Shown here: piece after piece, positions 11,340 through 26,749 of the stretch
How the letters are laid out: each line of letters starts with the position of its first letter
Position numbering within the stretch: the stretch's first letter is position 1
NCBI RefSeq assembly: GCF_009914755.1
Contig: NC_060931.1
Direction: 5' to 3' (one strand)
DNA: 64,000 nt
From: the human T2T-CHM13v2.0 reference genome, Homo sapiens
Notes under the pieces: generated by a model
Seen by the model: the letters and a program-made list of their open reading frames with translations, nothing else
What the model was told of the DNA's origin: nothing
Database searches by the model: none
Made by a program: the position numbers and the translations under genes

Positions 11340-14300
11340 TTATTCATTTGTATTTGACATTCCTGCTCAACATTTTGTATGTGAAATTCATCCATACTCT
11401 AAGGTGTAGTGGTTATTTGTTGGTTTTCATTGATGTCAAGTATTTCATTGTATGAATATTCCCCAATCTATCCATTCTACTTGTTCATGGACAGTAATTT
11501 GTTTTTGTTTTTTTCTCCCTATCTTTTGGCTGTTACATATAGTTATGACAGGAACTCTCTTGTACATTTTTTCTGAGTGGGGGTGTGGGGGGTGGGGAGA
11601 TGGGGCAAGGTGGGCTTGTTTAAGGCATTTCTGTTGGGTTTGTATCTAAGGATGCAATTACTGGGTCATATGCATATGCAGCATTAGTAGATAATTTCAA
11701 TTTCACAAGTAGGAAATTGCAACAATTTACAATCCAAACAGCAATTTATGAGAATTCTAGTTGCTCCATCCTTCCTTTTTAATGTTAGCATTTTCATGGG
11801 GAGGTAGTAGCATCTTATCGTGGTTTTATTTCCCATTTTCCTTATGCTTGAGGTGGAGCATTTTTTCAGATATTCATTGGCAAATTAGACATCTTGTTTT
11901 GCGAAGAGGATATTCCTGTTCCTCCTTAGTGCTATTTTAAAAATTTGTGCTATTCATTCCTTAGTGTATTTTTAAAATTGAACTGTGTTTTTCTTATTGA
12001 TTTATAGTTCTTCATATAAGATATGAGTCTTTTATTGGAAATACATATTGCAGATATGTTCTACCCATCTGTAGCTTGCCTTTTCATTCTCTTAAGTGTA
12101 TCTTTTGATAAACAGAAGTTCTTTTTTTATACAGTCCAACTTCTCAATCTTTTCCTTTATGTTACTACTTTTTATGTTCTATTTAAGAAATCTTTGCTTT
12201 CTTGAAATTACAAAATAAATCTCCTATGTTGTTTTTTAGAAGCTGGATTGTTTTACCTTTTACATTTAGCAGTATATTTGTTTTACCTTTTACATTAAAC
12301 AGTATATTTGGAATTAATTTTTTTTCTTTATGGTATGAAGTAGGGGTCAATAATCATTTTTTCCATTTAGAAATTCAACTGACCAAATACCACTTATTTA
12401 AAAGACTGTTCTTTCATTCTAAAGTGTCTTAAATCTGGTGTCCATATAAGAGTTGGTTTTCAGGATTTGCTATTCTGTTCAATTGGTCTATTCCCTTGTA
12501 CCAGTAACATATTTTCTTAATTATTGTTAGTTTAAATTCATTTTTCATATGTGTTAGTGTGAGCCCTTTAACTTTATCCTTCTTCAAGAATAACTGGGCT
12601 AATCTCAGTCTACTAGTTGCTGCTATACCGCATTTCCGCATAAATGTTAGAATTACATTGTCAATTTTCATTGAAATCAAAAGGCGGCTGAGATTTTTAT
12701 TGGGATTGCATTGAATCCAGATAAATTTGGGGACAGTTGGCATCTTTAAAATAATAGTGCTTCTAATTTATGAAGAATGCATTTATTCTGTGTATTTAGG
12801 TATTTTTCCTTCCTGTCTCTCAATAATGTTTTGTGATTTGCTATATAGAGGTTTTTCATAGAAGGTTAAATGTATTCCTAGAATTTGATGTTTGGTGATG
12901 TCATGTAAATGTTAGTTTTGTCTTTGAATTATATTTCCAAATGTTTATTTAGGACTGGTTTATTTAAAATATTGATTTTTGTATATTGTATCCAGAAAGC
13001 TTGCAGTATTCACTTGCTAAATACAATAATTTACGGATTTTCTATATTCACATCAAGTTATCTACAAATAATAGTCTTACTTCTTTTTTCTAATTCATAT
13101 ACCTTTCACCTCTTATTTTACCTTCTTACACTAATAGGATATTAGAAAATGTGTTGAAGAGAAGTGGTGATATGACTATTTTCTTTTCTATTCTTGATTC
13201 CAGGGTGGAAAAACTCAATATTTTGCTATTAAATTTAATATTTGCTGTAGGATTTTGTAGAGTTTAAAAACATCAATTATAGAAGTTTCCTTCTGTTTTT
13301 AGTTTGCTATTTTTTAACCTAAATTATGAATACATATTAAATTTGATCCACTTACGAAGATGATTGTATGATTTTTTCTTCTTTATTTTCTGAATTGTGA
13401 TAAGTTCATCAGTTGGTTTTTTGTATGTTAAATGAAATTTGTATTGCTGGAATAAAATTTCTGAGTCATGATGTATTTCCCTTTATATATAGCAAGGTAC
13501 AGTTTGCTAATACTTTCAGTAGGATTTTGCAACTATATTCATGAGAGACACAGGCCTGCATTTTCCTTTCTTGTAAATGTCGTTTCAGGTTTCATATCAA
13601 GGTTATGTTGGTCTTATCAAATGGATTGGAAAATGTTCTCTCTTTTTTTATTTTTAGGTTTTTTTTTTGGTAAAATTTGGATAAATTCACTGGTGATGCC
13701 ATCTAGGCCTTAAATTTTCTTTGTAGGAAAGTTTTAAATTACAGATTCAATTTCTTTAATAGATACAGATCTATACAGATTTTCTCTTTCCTTTTTGTGA
13801 CAATTTCACAAAGTTGTATTTTTCTAGGAATTTGACTGTTTTTTAACTTTTCTAATTTATTGGCAAAAAATTAATAATCTCTTTTTATTTCTGCAATGTT
13901 TGTAGGATCTAGAAATGTCCTTTTTTATCCCTGAAATTGGTAATTTGTGTTTTTTAATCAACCTTGACAAAGTTTTATAAATATTATTAATTCACTAGTT
14001 TGTCAGTACTCCTCTGTATTGAATGTTTCTTGTCTAGTTTATTAATTTTTACTTCTTTCTCCCTTCTATTTTTTCCTTCTTCTCTTTCTCCTTTCTTGTT
14101 TATTGACTTCAGTTGTTTTACTCACTAGCATATGCTAGTAAGTAGAGACGTGCATTTTCCTTTAAGCACAACTTCAACTACAACTTTTAGGCCAGGTTTG
14201 CATTATCATTCATTTTAAAATATTACTTAACATCCACTTGGATTTCTTTTTTGAATCATAGATTATTTATAATTTTCTTGTTTAATTTCCAAGCATTTGG

Positions 14301-15133
14301 GAATTTTCTAGTTATCTTTTGTTATTGACATCTTGTTTAATTCCACTGTACTCAGTGAACCTTTCATAGATGAATTCAATACTTTGAAAGTTTTTGACCA
14401 CTGCTATAGCTAAACTGATCAATTGAAACTGATCAATTTTGGTGAGTGCTTCAAGTGAACATGAAATAAGTAGTTTTAGTGCAAGCATTGATTGCATTAA
14501 ACTGTAAATGTCAATTTGATTCAAGTTTGTTCATTGTGTTCTATAAATTTTCTATTTAAAGGTCTGTATTTTTCTGTCGGTTACTGAAATGTATACATTG
14601 TGAATTTGTCTATAAATCTCTACAGTTTTTCAAATTTTACTTTATATAATAGGAAAGTTATATGATAATATGCCTATAAATTTAGAGTGATTCTTTCTGG
14701 TGACTCGATCCTTTCATCCCGATGAAGTGTACCTCTTTGTCTCTAGTAATTCTTCTTGTCTGAAAGGCTACTTTCTTTTACATAAATATAGCAATGTCAG
14801 CCTTCTTGTGACTGTTTACATGATTTTATTTATCCCTTTACCTTCAAATGTTCCATATTTCTTTATGTTTTTCTTTTCAAAGTGACATATCATTGAGTTC
14901 TTTCTCCAGTCTGAAAATCTTTGTATTTTATTGGGTGTGCTTTAGTCAATTTCCATTTAATGTAATGATTGATATATTTATGTTTAAATCTCCTCTCTTA
15001 TTATTTCCTTCTATTTGTCCACTTGTCTTTTAACCTCTCCTCTTTACTGATTTTGGGTTAAGTATTTTATAGTTTACATTTCCCTCTCTATTTACTTATT
15101 TGTTATGTATTCTTTTTCTTTTCTTTTTGTGCC

Positions 15134-15581
15134 TGAAGTCAGTTGAATAGTGTTCCCCCAAAATTCATATTAATTCAGTACCTCACAATGTGACTTTATT
15201 TGGAAACAAAGTCTTTGTAGGTGTAATTAGTTAAGATGAAGTCATAGTCAATCTGGGAGGACCCTAAATCCAATGATTAGTGTCCATATAAGAAGAAGAA
15301 AAGACACCCTGAGAGACACAAGGGAAGGAAGCCTGTGGTGATCAAGGCAGAAATTGGAGAGATGAAGCTACCAGCAAACAATCATCAAGGATTGCCAGGA
15401 GCCACCAGAAGATGAAGGAGGCAAGGAAGTACTCTTCCCTAGAGCCTTCAAAGGGAGCATGGCCCTTCCAGCACCTTGATTTTAGTTTTCTAATTTCTGC
15501 AACTGTGATGGAAAAAATTTCTGTTGTTTTAAGACCCCCAGCTTGTGGTAATTTGTTATGACAGCCCTAGGAAATTAGTAG
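15134..15581 (+). mobile_element. MLT1C-like MaLR solo LTR
   Basis: 'gttgaatagtgttccccc aaaattcat...aatgtgactttatttggaaa...ccctaaatccaatga...gggagcatggcc...tgtggtaatttgttatgacagccctaggaaa'. Confidence 0.9.
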
Positions 15582-15954
15582 TGTTTTCCCTGGATGTTAT
15601 GAAATATAACTTTGACTTAGTTCAATATAAACTGGTGTTGCTACCAAGTATATGCAAGGACCTTAGGACATTGTAACTCCACTCACTCCAGTTTTGCCTT
15701 TTATACCATTGTTTCATGCATTTTAATTCTGCATATATTGTTTTCACAGTCAATAATAATTTAGGCTTACCCAAATATTGACCTTTTTTATTATGCCTCT
15801 TTCCTTCCTGATCTTCCCATGCTTCCAATTTGGATCATTTTACTTCTGTCAATTTCCTTTACTAATTCATTTAATGAAATCTATTGGTCATAAATTTTTT
15901 TATGTGTGTATGTCTGAAAATAATCTCATTCCACCTTCATTTTGTCAACATTGT

Positions 15955-17599
15955 ATTATTACCTTTTTCAAACATCCAGCAAAGTTGAAAGTATTTTATG
16001 GTGTAAACCTATACCACATAGATTTGTATTTTACTGCATTTGCTTGATTAATATCACCTATCTCTTCATCTACTCATCCCTCTAGCTATCACTATATTTT
16101 GATTCCTTTGGTTCATGTCAAAGTAAATTGCACAGTTCATACACTTTCTCCTAAATGCTTCAGCATGTATATCACTAAATAGATGTTTGTAATTAATTAA
16201 CTTTTCTTTTGGTTATATGTATATATGTACAGTGAAATGCACAAATACTATGCCTAAAGTTACTGAGTTTTGACTAATCCTTACTCCTGTGTAATCCAAA
16301 GAAATTTCCCTCATGCCCCTTCCCAGTCAATTCCTTTCCTTTCCCACCCAATTCCTTTCCTTTCCCACCCAAAGTCAACGACTGTTCTGCTTTTTCCATT
16401 ATACATAAGTTTTTTCTGTTCTAGAATTGTATACCCTCTTGTGTAAGGCTTCTTTAAATCAGTATAATGTTTTGGGGACTCATCCGTGTTTTTGTGTGTG
16501 TCGGTACTTCCTACCTTTTTATTTTTCAATAATATTCCATTGTGTGAATACCACAGACTGTCGTTTATTCTTCCCTCATTGATGGAAACCTGAGTTTCTA
16601 GTTTTTGGCTATTATAAATATAGCTGCGATGAGCATTCTTGTATAAGTGTTTTTTATAATCAGATTTTCATTTTTCTTGGGCAAAATACCTAGGTGTAGA
16701 ATTGCAAATGTTTACTTTTATACAAATCTGCCAGAATATTTTCAAAATTGTTGTATCATTTTATATCCCTACCAACAATATTTAAGTGTTCAGTCACTGT
16801 ACAACCACACCAACAGTTGGTGTTGTCATCCTCTTATTTTTCATCATTCTGGTGGATATGTTGTAGTATCTTGTGGTTTTAATTTGCTTTTCCCTGATGA
16901 TCAATGATATTTAGTACTTTTTTTTCTTTATTGGACATTTATTTTCTTCTTCGGTAAATAGATATTTAAATAATTGGCCCATTTATTATTGATTACCAGA
17001 ATTCTTTACATATTCTGGATGCTTGTCTTCTATCTGCTATACATATTGCAAATATTCTTTCCAGTATGTGGCTTGCATATTCATTTTTTCAGTGGTATTT
17101 TTGATAGGCAGAACATTTGAATTTTGATGAAGGCTAATTGATCCTTTTTTTTGCAGATATTGTTTTCTGTGATCTATTTAAGAAATGTTTGCCTTCATCT
17201 AAGGGAGCAAAATATGTTCTTGCTTTCCTTTAAAGACATATGGTTTTAGCTTTTGTGTGTAGGTTTTGGATCTATCTTAAATTATTTTTGTGTCTGGTGT
17301 GAGGTAGAGATTGAGGTTCAATTTTTCCGTGTGAATATCTATTTACTCTCACATCATTTGTTGAAAAGGCATTCCTTTCCTCATTGAATTGTTTTGGTGC
17401 CATTATCAAAAATTAGGTGACCATTTAAGTGTGACTATATTTCTGGGCTCTTGATTCTGTTCTCTTAATGAATTTGTCAATCATATGTCAGTGCCACTCA
17501 GTCTCTATTACTGTAGCTTTATAATACAAGTTGAAATTATGTACTATCAATCCTCCACCTTTGTTCTTCTTTTCAAGATGTCTTTGACTATCCTTGGTC

Positions 17600-17600
<1 letters not shown>
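15955..17600 (-). mobile_element. Second ancient L1 (L1MC/L1MD-type 3' end and distal ORF2)
   Basis: A new antisense L1 3' end starts here ('tcaaagtaaattgca...tacagtgaaatgcacaaat...tttggctattataaat...') and runs into ORF2 C-terminal sequence. Confidence 0.75.
16328..16371. repeat. 21-bp tandem duplication CAATTCCTTTCCTTTCCCACC x2
   Basis: Read directly; appears as GWERKGI x2 in ORF 16311-16529. Confidence 0.9.
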
Positions 17601-18740
<1,140 letters not shown>

Positions 18741-21700
18741 TAGCCAGGAGTGAAATTCTGAACTCTGGGTTTTAAAAAGTCAAAAATATTAGGGTCCAAA
18801 TACTTCAGTTTTCAGTTTTAAAGCTTTTACATAAATTTAGGCAAGAATTTGTTTTGCTTGTTATTTATTCATTGACATTTTAGGGGCTATTGTTTATAAT
18901 TCATAATAAAATATTCCATCATTTTAAGTATATTCTTAAAGGGTACTGAAGACTGTAGTAATACATAACAAATAATTATATTTTGTTTTGTTAACTTTTT
19001 GCCTTAACAAATAGGATATTATTAATGATTATTTGCATGTAGTATCATAATATGTAAATAAATGGCTAATTGTTATTATATATGTACATTTTCTTCAATA
19101 ATATATGCACGGTCTGGATTCTATTGTCAAAATTGACAATTACTTTTTAGAAATAATTTTTTCCAAATATTATCCATTGTTTTTGTTACATTTGAGGCTT
19201 CCACCCTTATTCCAGGTTCTCCAAAAGCAGAGGAAATCAAAGCCAGCAGTTCTTGGTTGTCCCTGTATCATCAACTTGATGATTCTAGTAAACTGGAAGC
19301 CAAAGAATAAATGTGTATGCCTTCTGTCATGCTCTATTCATCTATTCTTGAGTAACTTTTGTGTTTTGCAGTGATGCATGAGGAAATCTGCAAATGAACA
19401 CTTAGCATAAATAATTTCCATAAACTGAGCACCTGTGCTTCTTAAACTATTAATCTTTTCAAAGTGGACTTACCAGAGAAAATAAGTCCGAGGAAATCAA
19501 CTCGTGTTCTCTTTAAGGTTATAGTTATTATTTTATCATCCTCGAAATCACTTTCAGCTTTATGATTTTAACTCTGAAACTCTGTTTGTGATATAAGTCC
19601 ATTTTGCTTAAAGGTTAAATATGAATCTATATGATGGACTATAGAAACAAGAGAGTTATACTCTTTAGGTGGCACCATGCCATCTGTTTCTCATAGCATC
19701 AATTATTAATTCAATTATTTATTCTATGTTTTCTGAAATTATAAACACACTGCCAAATGCTTGTGAACTGTAGTTAACAACGACCTTAGGGTGACATTAG
19801 ATACAGCATTCTTATCCAATTAGATGTGTTTCCACTCCTCCACCAAATTCTTTCAAATGAAAATTAGATATAAAACAAGCTGTGAGTCTAATTTTGAAAT
19901 TCATATCCAGTTAAATTTTCAACTATGCATTTCTATATAAAATGAAAGTGCAATTGATGTAGTCTTTATATCATGATCATCCTGTTATTTGTCTGCTCCT
20001 TGAATAATCTCTTTTCTTTCTCTGCCTTCTTTACACTTTTTTCTCTTTTGACCTCCCCATGACAGGAACCCATCCACAGCTTTTTCTCACCCTGGCTGGT
20101 GTCCTAATAGAAAGAGATAATTCCTGCCATTGACTCTTAGAATGTCAAGTTGGTTGTCTAGAGGCCCCCTCAGTTCTGCCTTCATGCTTCTGCAGTTTTG
20201 GCTAAAGTGGAAAGTGTAGTTATACAAAAATGTCTTGGATCTCTGAGTGGAATTCATCAGATATTTCATTCCTTCACAGGATAGAGTATAGAACTACCTT
20301 TGTAGGGCAGCAACAGATCTTTCTACAATAAGCTCCTGGTACACAGATATTTGGAGGTCATGTGGAGCTGAAGACTTTCCCTTAGCTAACTCTTTTTAAG
20401 ATACAGTATAATTTCTGCCTTTGTGACTAGATAATTTTATTTGAAAAAAATGCCTGTTATTGGTTTCTTGACCCATTATTTTATCTAATGGAAAGAGAAG
20501 ATTTGACAATTTGGTGAAGGATCTTATCTTTCAATAAACTCAGGTGAACCATCCTTCCAAGTTTTTTGAGATTTCTTCTTTTGTGATGACAAAGAAAGGT
20601 GTGAAATCTGTCATATTGAAAAATCTATAAGGCTTTTCCAATACAGTCAGCATGGGAGTGGGGGTGAAATTTTAGCATGACCCCTGGATTTCCTGGCTGG
20701 TTGTTTTTCAATTGACTCTAGAGGTTAATTTTCCAAAGAGGACCCCACACTTTCTTGAACTAATTTCCTAGATGTTTTAAAAGTTTGATTCATAGCATTT
20801 TTCTGTTTAGATTTAACATAGAGAATTGTTGTTCACATCTCTGTGTAGCTTTGTCCATCTTGTCAACAACCCAGGGTTCTAAGGAATTGATGTCAAGTTA
20901 GACATTTCCTTAAAATACTTTCTTTTGTGATGTATATCCACAAATCAACTACATAGAAATGTTTTTGTTCATCTATTGGCAAACCTATTCACAATAGGAC
21001 CTTACATAAAAATACTCCTGTAATTTGAACATCATTGCCTTCATCCTTCATTTCTCTGTCTTCAAATTTCCCCTCTTCACATTTTGTTCTCGAGCATATA
21101 TGTTTTATTGAATCCATAGTTCAAGGGTCAATAACATTTTTATTATACATATTGCAAGTTACAGTTTCCTTACCTTTTTTTCCCAAAAGGAATTCCATTG
21201 CCCAAGGCTAACAATTACCAACTAAGCCAGATTTTACAGGAATACAATCTGTCAGTACTGTCGAAGTTTTCTCTTGTGGTTACCTCACTATTTATGTTTC
21301 AGAAGCGTGGGCACCAATGAATTATTTGTGCCCGGGCTGGCTTAATTCCACCTTTTCAGGAAACCTGTAACCAATGAACCATTCATTCTCACAATTTGCT
21401 GATTACAGGAAAGAGACAGCAACTCAGTATCTTGCAACTTGGCAAAACCTAAGGCTTGAGTTTGACTCATCTGGCCACTGGATTGACTTAGGCACCACTG
21501 GAACTGTACAGGAGACTGACCAAAAAAAACTTTATATGAAAAAAATCTTAGTTTTTAAAATTGTTCAGAGAGGCGGGAAGAGGGCTAATAGAAGTTACTG
21601 GGAAGAGGGAAAGGTGGGAATGCTCGTTGGCTAAAGCCCTCCACACAGGTCACTTCTTTGTTGTGACATTGGTTTTAGATGTGAAGTTTGAGTATCTTAC

Positions 21701-24700
21701 TACAAAAAGGAAGAGAGAAGTACATATTAAACAATAATGGGCCATCAATGTATCATGATGACATATTGCATTTAAAATAATGCCATGAGGAAGCAAATGA
21801 GAAAGCCAGTTAAAGTCTAACTGCAAGAGAAAAGTATGCAGTGAGACCAAAAGTCATGCATTGTATGCAATGAATTAGCTTCTCCCCTGTGATGGAAATG
21901 TATTGGTGTATGCCGTCTCTGGTAGAATCTGAGAAATTTGTCATTCAACTCATTTTCTGTATTCTGTCTTTCAGATGAGGAATTCTGGTTGAGAAAGATG
22001 GTTTAAGCTATTAACCACTTATCAAGCTTTTCAAATTCTAATGTATTTGAAAATCTTGAAAAATGAAAAGTTCTAGATGATTGCTTTGTTTCATTTAATA
22101 CTAAATAACAAACTCTCTATTAATTGTTTTTTCATGTCTTTAGAAAGTTAAAATCAAAGACATATTAAATTTTCAGACTTTTTCCCTTTTCATTTTATGG
22201 CAAATCATTACATTGGTGCCTCACTGTTTTAAATTATTTTGAAAGAAATTGTTACAGTGTTTCATAAAAGTCTAGACCAGTGTACCCTGAAAGGACTGTT
22301 CTTTTGGAGCTAAAGAAAGAAGAGTGGATTCCCAAGAATCTTGGAAAAAGTTGAAAGAGTCTTAGATCTGATTTTAAGTCCCTCTTTGGGAAAGACAAGA
22401 TATTTATATTCAGTAATTGTTGTTTTTCTATTGGAAGCCATAGCCATGGTTTCCAATAAAATGAAGTAAATGAAATAATCTTAATTTTTTTTTCTTTGAA
22501 GCTTCTTTCATTTTACCAGAATTTTAGAATACCTGGTAAAAATCCAACTCTCTTGGATTGAGACACCTAAGTTTACATTTCTCTCCTAATCCCTAGAGAG
22601 CAACAGGGCTGGTGGGCAAATGTTGGTGGTGTCTTTATTAAATCACCAGTTCTCCCCCTCCCCTGTTTCACTCAGAAAGGAAGTCCAGGAGCAACCTTCA
22701 GAAGTGCGGGCTACTGTCATGGATCACCCTCAAATGCGTTCACACATCTTAATTTGCTTGGAGAAGTTAAAATGAATATGAAATACTAAAAAGATATTTA
22801 ATCCTCTTGATGGTTCTAGTAATGTCCTATAAGCCTCAAAATAACGTGGCCTCAAATTTACTTCTTTTGAATCTCAAGCCAAATAGTGACATGCTTGGAT
22901 TGGTGACTATAATCTCCCATTCGCTACCTTCACCAGCCTGTTGCTAAAATGTAGACAACTTAGTGCAAACCATGAAAGACCCCTTGGGTGGTCTACATTG
23001 GCCTGGTGAGGTGGACTGCTAATTCGGATTAGTGCCCTATCATAAACCCATAGAAAGTGACTCTAATGTTAACAATTGCACCCCTCCCCCAAAGAAAATG
23101 CGATCAATTTATGAAATAGTTCCATAAACACACACACATATACAAAACTTGGGATTCTTAAGAAAATAAGCAACCCACTTTCACTGAGTTGGACAGTCAG
23201 CAAGTTAGTGATTTTGTGGTTTGACCCTCATATGGTACATCAATCATGGCAAATTTCTTTCTTTCTCCATTCCAAGTAAAACCACGACTTCCCAGGCAAC
23301 ATGTCATTACCATCACAATAGGATCTGCTCCGTAATAGAGTTTGGATTGGGTCCTTAACTTTAAAGCCCTATTTGAAATCACAGCTTCCTTCCTGTTGCA
23401 ACTTAGCTTTAAAACAGACTCCTAGTGATCTTGGCAAAACACTCTTTTCCCTTTAGTTTGTGGTTCTATTACCTTACAAGCCAGTTTGAATTTTCTGTTT
23501 TCCCACAAGAGACCAGATATTTCTAAAGTACTCCATTCTTTTCTATTTCTTCCTTTCTTAAGATGAGAAAAGGAGTACAGGAAGAATGGAAATAAAGTGT
23601 CCATAGTTTCATGGGACAGAAATTTAAATGCTCTACCGAGCAGAAGCATAATTTCTACTTAGTGAGGTCGATGACAACCTTATCCCCAGTTAAAGTACTA
23701 AATCATACAAATAAGCATCAAACCATCAGAAACATTTTGCAATAATGTTTACTAGCAAATTGAAAATATAAGTATTAATATGCTAATATTAGAGGTGAAT
23801 AAAATATTTTATATTTAATTTGACTTTTCAGACATCTGATTTTGAATTTGTAGTCAAATGAACTTGAATATAAAAATAGCACAGCACGGTTACTCTCAAG
23901 GGTACCAAATATTTTCATATACATCAACAAACTTCCTCATAATGTTTGACAGGTAAGCAGGGGGCAGGTACAATTGATCCAATTTTATGCAGGGAGAAAT
24001 TTCATGACGGCAGTGATATACTTCCTGGCAGGGTCCCAATGGCTAAAAATATCTCCTCCCCTAACTTCTTTTTTCACCTCACTTAATTTTATTCCTGAAA
24101 TTCCATTAATTAGATATTTATTCTGGTTAAAAACAAATCTTTTAAATCAAACAAATCCATATTTTATAGCTATAGAGGAGGCTCTTTAGAAATTCACACA
24201 CTTAGATAATTTGGTTCAAGCAACTCCTTTTTTTTCAATACAAAATTAGATAATGACACTAACAACATTAAATGTTGCATCATAGCCATTTCCAGCCTGC
24301 AATTCACTTTTACATCAAATTTTTCCATTTTCACTCTAATCCTGTGATGTTGAAATTGTTCACAATATTGTTTTCTGTGTATAAACAGAATCATAGCATG
24401 GAAATTCTAAATTGAGTGTGAAGATACATCTAATACTTGAAACTGAATCTCCTGATTTTAAATCCCACATGCTCTCAGCTCTAGCTCCGTGTTCTCATGG
24501 ACTTAACCTCTGTTTCTTGTTGGGAAGAAAGGGGTTTTGCACAGGAGTAGAGAGAGGTGCTGCCTAACTCTGCTGTAATAGGGGAGAAGGGCAGACTTGG
24601 GTGGAACTGTTTGAGGCTATTCCTATGGACTATGGAGAGTAGCCCTGGAAGCTGAGATGATTCCAAGTTTTTTATATTTCAAGAGAATTGCATCTGGGAA

Positions 24701-26597
24701 ACAAAAGGAAATTTGCTTATTTTATTTTCTTCTTTCTCCTCATCTTCCCCAGGACCTCTTATTCCAGAAACTCAACTTCAGTCTCATAGTCAAATAGATG
24801 AGTTGCTATTAAAGGAGCTCTTTGCTACCTAGCCTGGAAACCTAACCACCATTACTAGGTAAAAAAATTCCCTTGGAAGATGAGTCTTAAAATCTAAATA
24901 ATTGACTTACATAAGAATTTTTTCATGTTTTCTTTTATTGATATGTAATAGTTGCAAGGAATTTATCTTTTTTCAGGACAGAATGAAGCTTCCTGTATAT
25001 TGGTGACTTCCACTTTTTACTTATAAATATCTCAGGAAGGATTAGGGAAAACCAAACTTTCTGAGTAACTTGTCACTAAAATATTTGCTCTTCTACCTTT
25101 TTTTTCCTACTTGCTGGCTGACCTAGGCTGTTCCCATGGCACCTGCTACCATCTGCTCTGTGCTAAACTCTTTCAAATGCAGGTATAAATTACTTTTTCA
25201 ACACACTTCTGCTACTCATTCTATTAAGTGACCCAACCAAATATAAGTTTCTATTGGCCTAAAAATAGATCTCCTGCCATCTGGAGCCCCAAGTTTCTGC
25301 ATTTTCTCTTTCACCTCGGAGCAACTCCAGCAGTCATAAAAGAACTTCACCTGATGTAATTGTATCTGCTTCCAACTGCTCCAAACGCATTCTGGAGCTT
25401 TCGTTCTGAGTGAATAATTCTCCCTTGTATCACCAGGCTTCCTGAAGGGATCAGATGCTCATTCATTTGGACATTTTCAAATCATCAAGAAAAACTTAAC
25501 AAATCCCAGAGTTTGATTTTAGCCTTAGTCTTAGCATTTGATTAAGTTTCTTGTACTATACATGCGTAGACCATATCTAAAAACTCTCAAATTAATCATA
25601 ACCCACGTCTTCCCACAAGTCTCTAAAAGCAAAGTAGGTAAAAGAGGCCAGGTAATTTTTTAAAGTTTTACTTGCCATTGAAATAGATGAAAGTCAAAAT
25701 ACACAATAAGTCCATACTTGAATTTGCATGGATTTTTAAATGGAATGTATTATAGCAAGTCCATAAACAGAATAACATGTTAATATTCAACAGAATAAGG
25801 GGCGAGAAGTACATTGATGCCAGATTTTAGGAAAATTCCCTAAATTTTATGGATAGCAAGCACAGAAAAATTTGTTTTGTCTCAAAACACTAAGTGCCAA
25901 TACATTTTAACAACATTTGGAAAGTTCCAGGCTCTGCAACTGTCCTTGGATTCTTCCCTGTAAATTTCAGGTAGTTCTCAGCTTTCCTTCTTAATTGTTT
26001 CCTCTGCCTGCTCCCAATATTTCCCTGGAAATTTTCACCTTCTCTTGACTTCTCTTCTTTCTGACATGTATGTTCCTTAAACCTCTCCTTCCAACTCTTC
26101 TGAAATCTAAACACAAATTTCCAAGTAACTCCTTGGCCCTGCCCTTGGGGTGGCTGCAGCACATTAAAGCCAATCGTAAGGCATTCGCCGTCTCTCCCTC
26201 TTGCCATGAACCCACCCTAGTCCAGAGGTGCAGCTCCTGGGGTTGCTAACTCAGTGAATGGCCACACGCCCAGGCAACCACCAATGCTAAGGCACACAAA
26301 CTACTTTCTTCCTTCCATTTTCAAAAGTCAAAAGACCACAGGTCCCTGTCAATGGTGTGTCCTTTATGGCTATCTCATCATCTTTCTATTACTAGGGAAA
26401 CTTCATTTCAATGGCTTGCAGCTTCTTTCAACTCCAACCTGTTATAAAATAGATTCAACCCTGTTTTTCCCCATGAGCTAAAACAAACCAAAAATCTCTG
26501 AGCGTAGATATTCAGTATCTTTATAATTGACTACAACATTTTTTTTTCTTACCTCGTCTTCCAAAACTCTTTAGACAATATCAACTTTTTTCTAGTC

Positions 26598-26749
26598 TAG
26601 TGGCAGTCCACCCAGAACAACTATAACTGCACCTAAGAGCTTGTTAGAAATGCACATTCTCAGGCCCCACCCTACGCCAACTCAGCCAGCTCTGTGATTC
26701 ATAAGCCTGCCCCATGATCCTCCGGCACACTGAAGTTCCAGAACTACTG
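26598..26749 (+). mobile_element. MER5A-like hAT MITE
   Basis: 'gagcttgttagaaatgcacattctcaggccccaccc...gcacactgaagtt...gaactactgctctag'. Confidence 0.8.

Larger units (their letters stand above)
10675..15950 (-). mobile_element. Ancient L1ME-type LINE (3'UTR to ORF2 endonuclease region), interrupted by two LTRs
   Basis: T-rich antisense L1 sequence; ORF-track remnants 12429-12743 (L1 ORF2-like 'LTL...IKKICYWYK...LNRIANPE') and 14312-14524 ('EALTKIDQ...FQSIEFI'). Confidence 0.85.

Noticed and set aside
10952-11395. Longest ORF (147 aa, minus strand)
   Set aside because: Lies antisense across a GC-rich LTR and into L1 sequence; no recognisable domain; length is explained by low stop-codon density.
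25351-25441. Possible minus-strand exon (cccttcag|GAAGCC...CAG|gtgaag)
   Set aside because: Short pyrimidine tract, weak donor, and neither open frame resembles a protein I recognise.
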